Source of the DNA: Vicugna vicugna
Taxonomy: Eukaryota
Direction of reading: 5' to 3'
Length of the DNA: 57,221 bases
Assembly: GCA_013265495.1 (NCBI GenBank)
Contig: MU058720.1
Span: 1-57,221, forward strand
The position numbers and the translations under genes are program-made. The stretch's first letter is position 1. Every line of letters begins with the position of its first letter. The notes under the pieces are model-generated. The model was not told the DNA's origin and did no database searches. It was given only the letters and a program-made list of their open reading frames with translations. Of the stretch, positions 39,131 to 52,089 are shown piece by piece.

Positions 39131-39779
39131 TGGCATCCTGAATTTCCACTCCTATGATAGAACACATCTCCATAATATGAAGAGGTGCCACTAGTGAGCC
39201 AAAAAATTAAAGAATTTCTGGGATATACAAGGCAAATGAGATTAGATCAAAAGCAGAGTAAAAGAATCAGAGCCCCAGTACATACAACACAAGGTGGAGC
39301 ACATGTCAGCAAGAGGAAAAGAAATTTTCAGACATGCCAAATTCTAAGTAAAAAATATCCTTTTTCCTAAAAGCTCCATCTAATTTAGTATCCCGTGAAC
39401 ATTGTCTTTCTAAAGCGAGCCTGTTCTAACCAGAAGGGCCCATGTGTAGGTATTAGGATTCGAGAGAAAAGTAAGCATAGCTGGGCTTTCTAAATAATCA
39501 AAAAGAGAACAAAAGGGTTCTACACATGAAATGACTTTACCTTCTTATTTTGGAGATTGGTGGGTGCCTAGTTTATCTGCTACATTACATGCTAGAGCAA
39601 AACCTGTCAGTCGGCATGTATGGCAAACTTAACACAAACCACTAATAAAGTCTGCTGCTTATGCTCATCCAGGGGAGGGAAATATTGGGGAAACAGGCCT
39701 ACACACCTGCAGAGAAAACACCTACCAGGTATCTATTTAGCAGCCTGATTTCCCACTTAAAAACACAACAAGCCATCCC

Positions 39780-40800
39780 AACCACCTGGCAATTTAGGGA
39801 AAGAAAAAAAAAACTATTTGGAAAAAAGAGCTAAATATGCAAATAGAGAAACAGACCTAGGGGACATAAAATAGAAATTTAAAAAACTCTAGTCATATTC
39901 TCAGAAAGACGTGAATAGTCATTTTCTCTAGGAAATAAGTAGTAAAGAAGCATAACAAAAATGTATTGAGAATGTAAAATAAATTACAAAATACAACTTT
40001 ATTAGGATAGGTAAACAATAGGATGAATGCAGGTATCTACCTATTTAGTAATCACAGATTTTCGGGGGGGATATCTCTCTAGTATTGCTGAATTGGAGTT
40101 CAGGCCAGAAGGAGCCTCTCCGGTGTCTCTGTGCACATGCCTGGCCATTGTAGAGAAGTGGTTCAATCTAATGATAGCAACTATGGATTAGATTTAGATG
40201 ATCTGGAAGTGTGGCAATACCTCAGTGGTAGAGTGCAGGCTTAGTTTAGGTCCTGGGTTCAATCCCAGACCCTCCTCTGAAACTAAATAAGTAAATCTGA
40301 CTACCTCCCCCCACCAGTAAAAATAAATCAATAGAAATACATTAAATAAATTACAAACAAAATTTTTAAAACATTGTGCTAGAGGAGAATTTTTCTGATC
40401 TAAAACATCTTAGTAATTTTAGGCTTTCAAAATGAAAACAAGTTCGCTTCATTATAAACAGAAGGACTGTTAAATAATAGGTACCTATATATTTCATAAC
40501 TCCGTTGATGACGATACTACCTTCAGGAAGATGAGATTGGTTACCTACAAATGCATGCAAGCCATTGGCATAACTTCTAATCAGTAATACATGATGATAG
40601 AAAATAATGTTAAATTTCCATTAAAATTCTGGGAAAATTAATTCGTTCTGAGAATTCTGTATCTAGCCAAACCAACAATCAGAAATTGTATATATACAGG
40701 CACACATGTGTGCTCAGTTAAGTGCATCCATACATATTGTCTCTATTTGAAAAACTTGCAGAAGATCATACGATGAACAACTGGAAAAGCAAAAGAAAGA
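39780..40800 (+). mobile_element. Ancient L1/HAL1 ORF1-region remnant (repeated at ~42184-43500)
   Basis: A-rich ORF1-like text including 'gagaattctgtatctagccaaac' (RILYPAKL motif) and 'ggttacctacaaa'. Confidence 0.5.
40221..40360 (+). mobile_element. Vic-1-like SINE (5'-altered copy)
   Basis: 'ctcagtggtagagtgcaggcttag..ggtcctgggttcaatcccag..aaataagtaaatctgactacctcccccc' plus an A-rich tail. Confidence 0.75.
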
Positions 40801-41671
40801 AAATGGCTGACCTGAAATATTACAGGAAAAAATAGAGTTGAGTCTGGCTCATGAGACAGCAATAAATCATGGAAGGGATTACAGGAAATTTCATTTCACC
40901 TTAAAGATTAGAAAATTATCCTTCAAACAACATGTTTACTTACTTTTCTAAAGATAAAAGCACACTGCTTATTCTGCATTTCATTTGACATGATGCATTA
41001 AAACTGTCTTATAAACTCAATGTCTGTATGAAACAAACATTGCCAGCAATCTGGATTATGAATAAATTCTGTAACTGTTTCAAATTTACCTGTTAATTCT
41101 GCCTGTTTAGTTACTTCAGAACAATTAAGTTTGCAACAGTGAAACCCTACCTTCCATAAGCATTCTCCCCACCACCCCCTAAAATGTGACATTGTTCTTT
41201 CTGGAGAACAGCTCTGTCAGCATTTTCACAGTGTAAGTGTTTTTCAGTCAAACCAGATGAGATCAAAGAAGCAGTTTCTTTTGAATTCAGTGAAAAGAAA
41301 AAAAAATTATAATTACAGTCAATAAAGTACCTGTTATTATGAAAAGGACAAGCTAAAGCCATCCGTGCTCCATATAAAAAGAAAAATATAAAATAATAAA
41401 AGTGAATACAAACTCCTTGTCCGTACAAAGAAGCACCCAAAATTTCATGGGAATAATTTAGATCAAAATTGAAAAGGAACATTTGTAACATATATATAGT
41501 CAGGTTTGAATTTAGGATTATATACATATAAACATTAATTTACAGTTTCATAAATCTGGGTTTTTTTTTTTGATTCCAACTATTATAGAGAAGATATTTC
41601 AAAGGAGACACCATATTGACTCCTAAATCTTCATTAGCACATTTCAATTGCCATAGTTAAGCCTTTAATTC

Positions 41672-42183
41672 NNNNNNNNNNNNNNNNNNNNNNNNNNNNN
41701 NNNNNNNNNNNNNNNNNNNNNNNNNNNNNNNNNNNNNNNNNNNNNNNNNNNNNNNNNNNNNNNNNNNNNNNNNNNNNNNNNNNNNNNNNNNNNNNNNNNN
41801 NNNNNNNNNNNNNNNNNNNNNNNNNNNNNNNNNNNNNNNNNNNNNNNNNNNNNNNNNNNNNNNNNNNNNNNNNNNNNNNNNNNNNNNNNNNNNNNNNNNN
41901 NNNNNNNNNNNNNNNNNNNNNNNNNNNNNNNNNNNNNNNNNNNNNNNNNNNNNNNNNNNNNNNNNNNNNNNNNNNNNNNNNNNNNNNNNNNNNNNNNNNN
42001 NNNNNNNNNNNNNNNNNNNNNNNNNNNNNNNNNNNNNNNNNNNNNNNNNNNNNNNNNNNNNNNNNNNNNNNNNNNNNNNNNNNNNNNNNNNNNNNNNNNN
42101 NNNNNNNNNNNNNNNNNNNNNNNNNNNNNNNNNNNNNNNNNNNNNNNNNNNNNNNNNNNNNNNNNNNNNNNNNNNNNNNNNNN
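41672..42183. other. Assembly gap (512 N)
   Basis: Run of n seen directly. Confidence 1.
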
Positions 42184-42316
42184 ATCTACCTATTTAGTAA
42201 TCACAGATTTTCGGGGGGGTGGGGAGGGGGGACTCAGAGTCCTAGAGAAGAAGGAGACAATGGGAAATAGGAAAACATTAAGAGACATGGAATATTACTC
42301 CACCTGGTGGGAGGGC

Positions 42317-42900
42317 CGAAAGGAGGGAATGAAGCATTTATTAACAATGCAATGAGGGGCGGGTGTAGCTCAAGTGGTAGAGCACAGGCTTAGTTTACAA
42401 AAGGTCCTGGGTTCAATCCCAGACCCTCCTCTAAAACTAAATAAGTAAATCTGACTACCTCCCCCCACCAGTAAAAATAAATCAATACAAATACATTAAA
42501 TAAATTACAAACAAAGTTTTTAAAACATTGAGCTAGAGGAGAATTTTCCTGATCTAAAACGTCTTAGTAATTTTAGGCTTTCAAAATGAAAACAAGTTCG
42601 CTTCATTACGAAAGGAGGGAATGAAGCATTTATTAACAATGCAATGAGGGGCGGGTGTAGCTCAAGTGGTAGAGCACAGGCTTAGTTTACAAAAGGTCCT
42701 GGGTTCAATCCCAGACCCTCCTCTAAAACTAAATAAGTAAATCTGACTACCTCCCCCCACCAGTAAAAATAAATCAATACAAATACATTAAATAAATTAC
42801 AAACAAAGTTTTTAAAACATTGAGCTAGAGGAGAATTTTCCTGATCTAAAACGTCTTAGTAATTTTAGGCTTTCAAAATGAAAACAAGTTCGCTTCATTA
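42317..42900 (+). repeat. Direct tandem duplication, 292 bp units
   Basis: 42317-42608 vs 42609-42900, apparently identical; each unit contains a SINE. Confidence 0.95.
42356..42515 (+). mobile_element. Vic-1-like tRNA-derived SINE (second copy at ~42648-42807)
   Basis: 'ggggcgggtgtagctcaagtggtagagcacaggcttag..aggtcctgggttcaatccc..ctacctcccccc' plus an A-rich tail. Confidence 0.85.
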
Positions 42901-42941
42901 TAAACAGAAGGACTGTTAAATAATAGGTACCTATATATTTC

Positions 42942-43437
42942 ACAACTCCGTTGATGACGATACTACCTTCAGGAAGATGAGATTGGTTACCTACAAATGA
43001 ATGCAAGCCATTGGCATAACTTCTAATCAGTAATACATGATGATAGAAAATAATGTTAAATTTCCATTAAAATTCTGAGAAAATTCATTCTGAGAATTCT
43101 GTATCTAGCCAAACCAACAATCAGAAATTGTATATATACAGGCACACATGTGTGCTCAGTTAAGTGCATCCGTACATATTGTCTCTAACAACTCCGTTGA
43201 TGACGATACTACCTTCAGGAAGATGAGATTGGTTACCTACAAATGCATGCAAGCCATTGGCATAACTTCTAATCAGTAATACATGATGATAGAAAATAAT
43301 GTTAAATTTCCATTAAAATTCTGGGAAAATTAATTCGTTCTGAGAATTCTGTATCTAGCCAAACCAACAATCAGAAATTGTATATATACAGGCACACATG
43401 TGTGCTCAGTTAAGTGCATCCATACATATTGTCTCTA
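42942..43437 (+). repeat. Direct tandem duplication, ~246/250 bp units
   Basis: 42942-43187 vs 43188-43437; differ by a few SNPs and a 4-bp indel. Confidence 0.95.
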
Positions 43438-44410
43438 TTTGAAAAACTTGCAGAAGATCATACGATGAACAACTGGAAAAGCAAAAGAAAGAAAATGGCT
43501 GACCAGAAATATTACAGGAAAAAATAGAGTTGAGTCTGGCTCATGAGACAGCAATAACTCATGGAAGGGATTACAGGAAATTTCATTTCACCTTAAAGAT
43601 TAGAAAATTATCCTTCAAACAACATGTTTACTTACTTTTCTAAAGATAAAAGCACACTGCTTATTCTGCATTTCATTTGACATGATGCATTAAAACTGTC
43701 TTATAAACTCAATGTCTGTATGAAACAAACATTGCCAGCAATCTGGATTATGAATGAATTCTGTAACTGTTTCAAATTTACCTGTTAATTCTGCCTGTTT
43801 AGTTACTTCAGAACAATTAAGTTTGCAACAGTGAAACCCTACCTTCCATAAGCATTCTCCCCACCACCCCCTAAAATGTGACATTGTTCTTTCTGGAGAA
43901 CAGCTCTGTCAGCATTTTCACAGTGTAAGTGTTTTTCAGTCAAACCAGATGAGATCAAAGAAGCAGTTTCTTTTGAATTCAGTGAAAAGAAAAAAAAATT
44001 ATAATTACAGTCAATAAAGTACCTGTTATTATGAAAAGGACAAGCTAAAGCCATCCGTGCTCCATATAAAAAGAAAAATATAAAATAATAAAAGTGAATA
44101 CAAACTCCTTGTCCGTACAAAGAAGCACCCAAAATTTCATGGGAATAATTTAGATCAAAATTGAAAAGGAACATTTGTAACATATATATAGTCAGGTTTG
44201 AATTTAGGATTATATACATATAAACATTAATTTACAGTTTCATAAATCTGGGTTTTTTTTTTTGATTCCAACTATTATAGAGAAGATATTTCAAAGGAGA
44301 CACCATATTGACTCCTAAATCTTCATTAGCACATTTCAATTGCCATAGTTAAGCCTTTAATTCCTCTCATTGGTGTCCCAAATACTATACTGGGTGATAG
44401 TTATAAATGT

Positions 44411-47040
44411 TGTATTATCTTTCTCATTGCTATAAAAATTATACAAAATTCATGGTTTAAAAGAATGCAAATTTATTATCCTACAGTTCTGTAGGTGACA
44501 AGTTCTACATGGGTGTCAGTGGGCTAAAATCAGTGTGGGAGACAAATAAAATTAAAAAATAATAATAAAAAATTAAAAAAATAAATAAAATCAGTGTGGG
44601 AGGAAGGCTGTGTTTCTTCCTGGAGGCACTAGCAAAGAATCCATTTTCTTTCCTTCTCTTAGCTTCCAGTGGCCACATACATTCCCTGGCTCTATGCCCA
44701 TTGCCTTCCTGGCCTTGCATCTCTCTCCCATTCTTTTGACATCAGCTCTCTCTCTGACCCTGACCTCAGCCAGGAAAGTGTCTTTTATGGGCTGATATGA
44801 TTAGATCGGACCCCTTTAGATAATCTAGGATAATCTCCCATCTCAAGTTCCTTAACCTTAATTATATCTGCAGAATCCATTTTTCCATGTAAGATAACAT
44901 GATTACACATTCCAGTGATAAGGATGTGGACTTATGTAGGGGGTCATTATTCTGTTTATATTACATGTTTATATTTCCATATAAAAAGAAGTATATTCAA
45001 CCCATCACAACAGTATAAAAAGTCTCAAGACTTGAAGTCTCATCTAAATCTCATTAACCCAAAAGCCTAAAATCTCATCGTCCAAATCATCTAAATGAGA
45101 CATGGGAGCTTCCCTGGTAACAATCCCTACTGGGCATCCTCTCCATCTATGGACTCGTGAAACTTGAGAAGCAAGTTGTTATCTGTTCCTAAAGCACTAT
45201 GGTGAGACAGGCATGGGATAACAGCTCCTGGAATTCGGGTTCAAGATAGTCAAAAATGGAAGGAGGAACAGTTACTGGTCCCGGGCAAATTCAAAGTCTA
45301 GGCAGGGAAACTCTGTTTTAAGTCCTGGGAGTAACCCTAAGTGGCTCAGTTATCTGGGCCCTTAGCTCCGCCCTGGTCGGCAGCCTCCATTTTTAATAAA
45401 TGGTGGTGCATGTATTGCAGCTAGATAGTTGTAGCGGCCTGTGTCCTGCCTGTAGAAATGTGTGGCTCCGCCAGCCTTTAATTTTTTACTCTCCCTACCG
45501 CTTTCATTCCCAGCTAGCAATGTTTCTGTTGGCTGGAATTCTGGACTCTTGGGGCTCTCCCGTGTATGTCATGGTGTCTCCTCCATTGGACAAGAAGTTC
45601 CTCCATAGATCTTTCCTAAAGTACCCAGTTTCTGTGTTTGGTTTTCGTTGGGATGGCTGAAAGCTCATGCCGTATGGTTTCCCAGGATGCCAGTTAGATT
45701 AAAGTGAACTGTTAGAACTTAATCTCCTCAAAGAGCCATATGTGCAAAGGAACATTATGATCTTTTGATTTTTCTGAGGTATTAGCAGAAAGTAATGTAG
45801 CCTCATACTTGACTTTTCCTCTAGATCATGATTTCCAGGTGGTGAACCTCTTCATTATAGTGATTTTTTCCACACAATCTGAATAGGCAGACAATTTCCA
45901 AAATCATACAATACTGGGATGTTCTTTGCTTTTCTTTTTAACTCATTTTTGTGTTATTTTAACAGTTCTTCCACAGTTAATCTCCTTCCTCTAACATTTT
46001 ACTATAAGCGGCAAGATGAAACCAGGCTGCCCCTTCAACACTCTGCTTAGAAGGCTCCTCAGGAAATGTACAGCTTTGTCCTTCACCAGTTCTGCTCTCC
46101 ACGTAACTGAAGGACACGGTTCTGCTGCGCGTTCCCCCGCTATGCAGCAACGATGTTATTTCCTCTAGTTTCCAGTAACATGTTCTTCATTTCCTTCTCA
46201 GCTTTTACCAGCTGTTCTTTTAAGGTCCATATTTTCCTAACAGTCTGTTCACAGTGATTTTGGATTCTGTGAGATGATTTATGTTTTCTCAGTCCTGCTC
46301 CATGCTTCTTTCTGAGTCCTTATTAAAAATAGTTCCCATCAATATTTCTACTAACAGTTTCCCCAAGGACATCTAGTTGTTTTTTTTTTAACATGCTCTA
46401 CAAAATTCTTCCAGTCTCTGCCTGTTGCCCAATTCCAAAGCCATTTATACATTTTTAGATACTTGTTATAGCAGCACGTCACCCCGATACCAAATATAGA
46501 TTAGTTTAATATTGGTGCTGTAACAAGTAGTCCAAACAAGTAGTTTAAACAATGAAAATTTATTATCTTAGGATCTGTAAGTTAGAATTGAAGGGAAAAA
46601 AAGCCTTATTGGGCTAAAATTAACATACCAATAGTCTTTTAATTATATTATTTTGGGTTTTTTTTTTTTGTATGTTTTGTTGTCATTGTTGTTTTGTGTG
46701 GAGTCTCTAGGGCAGAATGTTTCCTTGCCTTTCCCAGCTTTTAATGGTAACCATATTTCTCGGCTTTTGCCCCTGTTCCTTTACCTTAAATCCAGTGATA
46801 CTGCATCCCTTTGACCATTCTCACAACTCTTTTTCTGATGACAGTTAGGAAAGGCTTTCTCCATTTAAGGATGTCTATGATTAGACTGGGCTCCCTGGGT
46901 ATCCAGCACGGTCTCCCCATTTCAAGATCCTTAACATTAATCACACTGGCAAAGTCCCTTTTGTCGTGTAAGGTAACATACTCATTGGCTGTGGAGATTA
47001 TGATGCGGACAACTTTGGGAGCCATTTTTCTTCCTACTCG
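44411..47040 (-). mobile_element. Complete MaLR element (MLT1C/D-like): LTR - internal - LTR
   Basis: Two diverged direct LTRs (~44411-44965 and ~46497-47040) share 'aaatttattatc', 'gggctaaaat', 'atgattaga', 'tctccc..caag..ccttaac..taat' and 'tgtaag.taacat'. The ~1.5 kb between them resembles MLT1-int and ends 'ttgttatagcagcac..ataccaa'. Confidence 0.85.
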
Positions 47041-47235
47041 GCCTCATCCGAACAGACTCAGCCACTGTCCAGGGCTTCCCCTTTCCTTTTTCCTTCTTTG
47101 AGTACTTTCTGTCCTACATCTGTGTGTTTTTAACCTTTTGAATGAGTGTGACCATTTGCCTCATCATTTGACTGATCAGCGTTGCTTGCTCAATGAGCCC
47201 TTGGTGTCTGACAGTGGATGTGGACTCAGATTATT

Positions 47236-47687
47236 GTAGGCTTCCTTGAAGCTTGGGTTCCCCAGAAAACAGACTGTGAGGTGGAGCATGTATTTTAGGG
47301 ACTTGGTAAGAGAGGATTTTGGAGATCATCACTGCAGAAGAGGAAGGACAAAGCAGCAGGGTTGGGCAGAGGGAAAGATCGGGATCCAAGGTTGTCTCAA
47401 ACAACACCTCAGGTGGCCAGACATTAAAGGAGGAATTTCTGAAGCCAGATGGACCCCTTAGATTATTCCGTGTTACAGTGAGAGAACCAGGTCTTTATGC
47501 TATGGAAGCTACCAGTCATCGAACGTAGGCTGCCCACAGAGAAGTAAGGCAGTCTCTCCAACCCAGGACAGCTTCCAGGGAGGCTGGCAGTTGAGAGCCA
47601 TCAGCCAGCAACAGCCACAGCAGATGGGGAAAGCAGCTCTTCAGTCTTGAAGGGGAATCTGGAAAGCGCATCACAGCATCCACTACT
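47236..47687 (-). mobile_element. ERVL solo LTR (LTR40-like)
   Basis: 'gggttcccagaaaacagact..gggttgggcagaggga..ccagtcat..aggctgccc..gaaggggaatctgg..gcatcacagcatccactac' resembles the LTR40 reverse complement. Confidence 0.7.
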
Positions 47688-48106
47688 CCTGCAGATTCTG
47701 ATGTCTTAACTTAGATCTGATCTTTGCTAAAATATATGTGTTATCTGTTTCTCTGCTGATGGTGTCTGCCCAAGCCACGCATACTGCCATCACCCAAAAC
47801 TGGCATAAACACTGAATATTTGCTCGTTTGCTTATAAATACCTTTTCCAACTCCATTCAGTTCCTCCTGCTGCTAAATCATTCCTTGCTCATTTGAGGCC
47901 CCAGTGTAAGAGAACAAATTGGGTGGAACTAAAGACTGTAATATCCCTTGTGCACGGCGGGTTGTTTTCCACAATAATTGAACTTCCAGTTTAGTCTATA
48001 GAATGGGATAGTGTGGGGGTGTAAAGTATTGGCTTCTCTTTTGCCTAAGTTACCTGCAGATGAGAACTAGAATTGTGAATTCCTGCCCCCTCCTTCAGTA
48101 TTCTGT

Positions 48107-48330
48107 GCAGTGTTACTTGGAGTCAGAGCTGTGATAAAATTCAAGACCTACCACTTACTGGCTTTGTGACCTACGGCAAACTAAAAAACAAAAACAAAAA
48201 CCTTAACTACATTGAGCCTTGGTTTCCTCATTTACAAATTTTAAATAATATTATCCACATCAGAGTGTTGCCTATGTGCTGAACATACTGATATAAAACC
48301 TGTAGCACGGTAGGTGGTGTAAAATTATTG
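48107..48330 (+). mobile_element. MIR SINE
   Basis: 'ttggagtcaga..ctaccacttactggctttgtgacct..ggcaa..gagccttggtttcctcatttacaaa'. Confidence 0.85.
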
Positions 48331-48951
48331 TTCAGAATGCATTTTCTTCTTCTTTTAGCTCATTTTTAGATCTTTAATAAAATAACCTTTCATCGCTTCC
48401 CCTCACCTGCAATTTTCCACAGGCCACCATCCTCATTATGTACTTAGTATATTGTATGTCTATTATCATAAGCCTAGAAATACAGTATTTAGGTAAATTT
48501 AATTCATGACATGCTGTTGTTTTATGAAGATGTAAACTATTTTAGGCAAACTGAAATATAGAATAAGCTTTATTCACACCTTTATAAGACTAAATATACT
48601 TTCATTTTTAGGAACATAAATAAATTTTGTATGTAACCTGATTAGAACTTAAATTTAAGTTGGGAACACACAAGCAATTATTTTTGGTATATCTATTTGT
48701 GGAATAGAGAGATACATAAACATATTTGTTAATTTCAAATTTCAAAGTGTACCTGTTCTAAAGCTATGCCTATAATAATTAAATTTGTTCTAGGATAAGT
48801 ATGTCTCTGGAGCATTTTGAAAAAAATATTTTCATAAACAGATGAACGCCAAAATACGTTTCCCCAGAAAATGTGCGTACAGAGAGAATTCTGAAGACCA
48901 TTTTTTAGGGCACATGAAACAAGGGAAGTAGAATCATAAATTATCACACTG

Positions 48952-49229
48952 CAGCTATCAAAATTTTACATACCTGTGCATAGTATAAATACAGTTTAAC
49001 AACTTCGCACACGCACAGTCTTGTGTGCCAAAGGGAATAAAACGTTCATGAGCCAACACCTTATACTATATCTATACTTTCAGCTCTGCACTCTGATTTT
49101 TACTGTTTTGTTCTATCCTATCCTATTTTATTTAAAAAATTGTTGCCTCACCCCTAACTAACTTGATCTCATGACCCACTATTCCATCATAATCCATAAA
49201 TAGGTCAAGTCACAGTTTGAAAAATACTG
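48952..49229. mobile_element. hAT-Charlie-type MITE remnant
   Basis: Ends 'ttgatctcatgacccacta..cacagtttgaaaaatactg', a typical Charlie-family terminus. Confidence 0.4.
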
Positions 49230-51749
49230 CTTAAGGATCCTAGGATTCCATATTAAAAAGTAATGCTTGGAGGTTTAGGTAAAAATACATCCAAAAGCTT
49301 CTGTGAAAGAAAGAATTAGATAGATCTTGGTTGTGTTCAGTTTATAATTCCTAAAAAACATGGGGAGAAAGTAGAAACCATCACCATTAAATAGAAGTCA
49401 AACAGACAGTCCATTGACATGTCTGTCTGTCTGTCTATATGGAGAGAATTATATTTACCAAAAGTTTGAGAAAATTCTGAAAGCATTTTGGGATATGGTG
49501 TATTAAAAACACCCAAGGGATACATATTTCTGAAGTAGGTCATCTGATTTCAGTTGCTGAGCTATTCTGTTATCATATATTTATTTTGAGGGCTTAAATT
49601 ATCTTCTCAGGCTTAAAAAGAAATAAAAGACATGTATGAATTAAAACCAATTTATTTGTACCAGTAGTTTCTTAATTTTATGTTTCAAAACACAGCAGTT
49701 TCATTCCCTTGCTTCATAACAGAAGGAATGAAAAGCATGTAAGAGGCAGAGTCAGCATTCCTCTTGCTGCTGGCATCAGGACATGTGTGTGTCACAGAAC
49801 TGCTGATGGCATTTCTAGCTCACACCTGAAAGAGGTTGCAGATACAGGTCCTTGGGAAGTGACTTTATATAACCCAGTGCAGGGATACTGTTAGTGTCAT
49901 AATTAAATCTCAAGCCATAAGATTCAAAACAAGGCTAATACCACTCACCTTTCATGTTTCTTCCTTTCCGTTAGACTCCAGGTATAAGCAGCACGTTAAC
50001 TAAGGAGCAAATGTATTATTTCTGTGTTCTAACACCATATTCTATTTTAAGCAGAAATGTACAATGTATTTTTTTCTAAATTAATATGCACACTTAGAAA
50101 GGGTTAGTACATCAATGGGTATATAATTCAGATCAATAATTACATAAATATTCCAAATGTAGAGAGTTTTATCAATTCTGGAATGACCATATAAAAAGCT
50201 CAGTAATTAATGACTATTTGTAGGGGCAAGTTCCAAGCAGAGCCGTCACTCAGAGTTACCCATTTCTCTCAAAGCATTCACTTGTGTTTTGCCCCCTGTA
50301 AACTGTTACTAGAAAAGTTACTTAATAGATAGATTATATTTATCTCAGTTGTGAGGGATTGAGGCCATGTTAATGTTTGCTCCACCTTTTAGAGGTTTAT
50401 AGATTTAAAAAAAAGTATATCTGAATACAGCAACTTTAAATATGCATACTTTGTCTCTATTATTACTGCGGCATGTTCACTTACTATGATTTTGCAATTC
50501 TACCACTTGCAATATATCATGGTCCATTCTAAGTAGTAGTGGTTCTTCTTCTTCCTCTCCTTCCTCCCCTTCCTCTCCCTTCTCTTCTCCTTCATCATCA
50601 TCATCAAGCATCTGCATAACAGCCCTAGAAGGTCAGCACTGTGATTGTTAGTCACCTGTCCAGTGTCACATGGCAAATAAACAGCCAAGCCTGACGCCGC
50701 GCGTGGCAGTTTTTACCAGCAGGTCGTCTTAGACACAAATCAGCATCAGTTTTAGCAGCTGAACATTCCTAGCGCTGACGTGTCAGTCTGTGGAATTCTT
50801 CCTTTCTCAGAAACACAGACACCAACCAAAAAATAATTATAAATTTTTTTGTATCTTGTGGCTTAGACAATCAAAACCACTGTTGGTTAAGGATATCAGT
50901 GGCCCAGTTTTTATCAAAGGTGAGTCTTTCAGGGCTTGAGATAACGCTTTAGGAGTATCTGAGTCCATGCAAGTAATGAAGATAAATATTTGTAGTGAGT
51001 GAACCACTTGCTGAATAACAAGATGTGAGTGTGGACATATCCAGATTTGACCACGTACAGGTTGGGAATGTGGTGTATTTGATTGTGCCCTGTCCTGGCC
51101 ACAGCTGGTGGGATTATAGCAAGCTTTTTTTTCCCTCTTCACTATTCATCTACTGCTCCAAACACTCCAGTTTTCTAATTTTTCTAAGGAAAAGGATGTG
51201 GCTGAAGTTATTCTGCAGGATCCGTGTGAAGCCATTCACAACTCTATGAATTCTCTTCCAAGAGATAACAAAATTCCCAAGGAATGTGGTTTCTCTGGTT
51301 GCTAGGAACAGTCATTATTCTCACAGTACATGCAACAAAACGTATGGCAGAAAATACTCTAAACCAGGATTTCCAAAAATAAGAGCCTGGTCAAATAAAA
51401 GCCTGAAACACGTTGCATGCTAAAACGCCTGAGTAATAATAATATTCACAGATTCCAAAAACTCCTGCAATCAATATAACTAACTAATTCAGCAATTCCT
51501 GAAACATTTGACTATAAAATCTCCCTCTATTTTTGGTAATAGCTCAATTAATATTATATACATATTACTTAAAACTAGAAATGTAATCATTAATGTTTGA
51601 AGCGTCTGTGATTTTTAGTAAGTTTAACATCCTCGTTAAGTAAAGGTTTTCACACGGTTACTTGATAGTGATGATTAAACAGGAGCACCTCTGCAAAGTG
51701 CTGGCAGGAAGTCCTTCATGCCAAAGCGGGGGGCCTACAGATACTATTT

Positions 51750-51985
51750 TGGACCTGAAGCCAGATGGCTTGATGCCATCATCTTCTCTAATTACTAGGC
51801 GTACTCACTTAGGGCTTGGGATATAGCATCATTAAGGGTAAGTTTCTTTTTTTTGAAACTGTGGTTATTACCAGCACCTCTCTCAGAGAATTATTGCGAA
51901 TATCTAATGATATGACGCATGGAAAGCACTGAGAAGTTTGCCAGCACAAAGCACATGTCCAACTAATGTTAGCCATCCTAATTGT
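51750..51985 (+). mobile_element. MIR SINE
   Basis: 'cctgaagccaga..ttactag..cacctctctcagaga.ttattg..gcatggaaagcact..aatgttagc'. Confidence 0.65.
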
Positions 51986-52089
51986 TATTTCCGTGCCCCT
52001 ACCTCTTTGCTCCTCCTTCCAAGGCGGTTCCAGCGGTGAAGCATGCAGATATGTACCCCGAAGAATGACAGGAGAATAACATTTAATCT

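Larger units (their letters stand above)
40496..44363 (+). repeat. Near-identical duplication across the gap: 40496-41671 vs 43188-44363 (offset 2692)
   Basis: Identical ORF translations (40998..41192 = 43690..43884; 41147..41527 = 43839..44219); only a few SNPs. Confidence 0.95.

Noticed and set aside
41147..44219. Duplicated 126-aa and 64-aa ORFs as paralogous genes
   Set aside because: No recognisable homology, low-complexity composition, and the identity is explained by the gap-flanking duplication.
50867..50925. Plus-strand exon-like segments with AG..GTGAGT/GTAAGG (also ~53175-53220)
   Set aside because: Lengths are not frame-preserving and there is no recognisable peptide; typical pseudo-exons.
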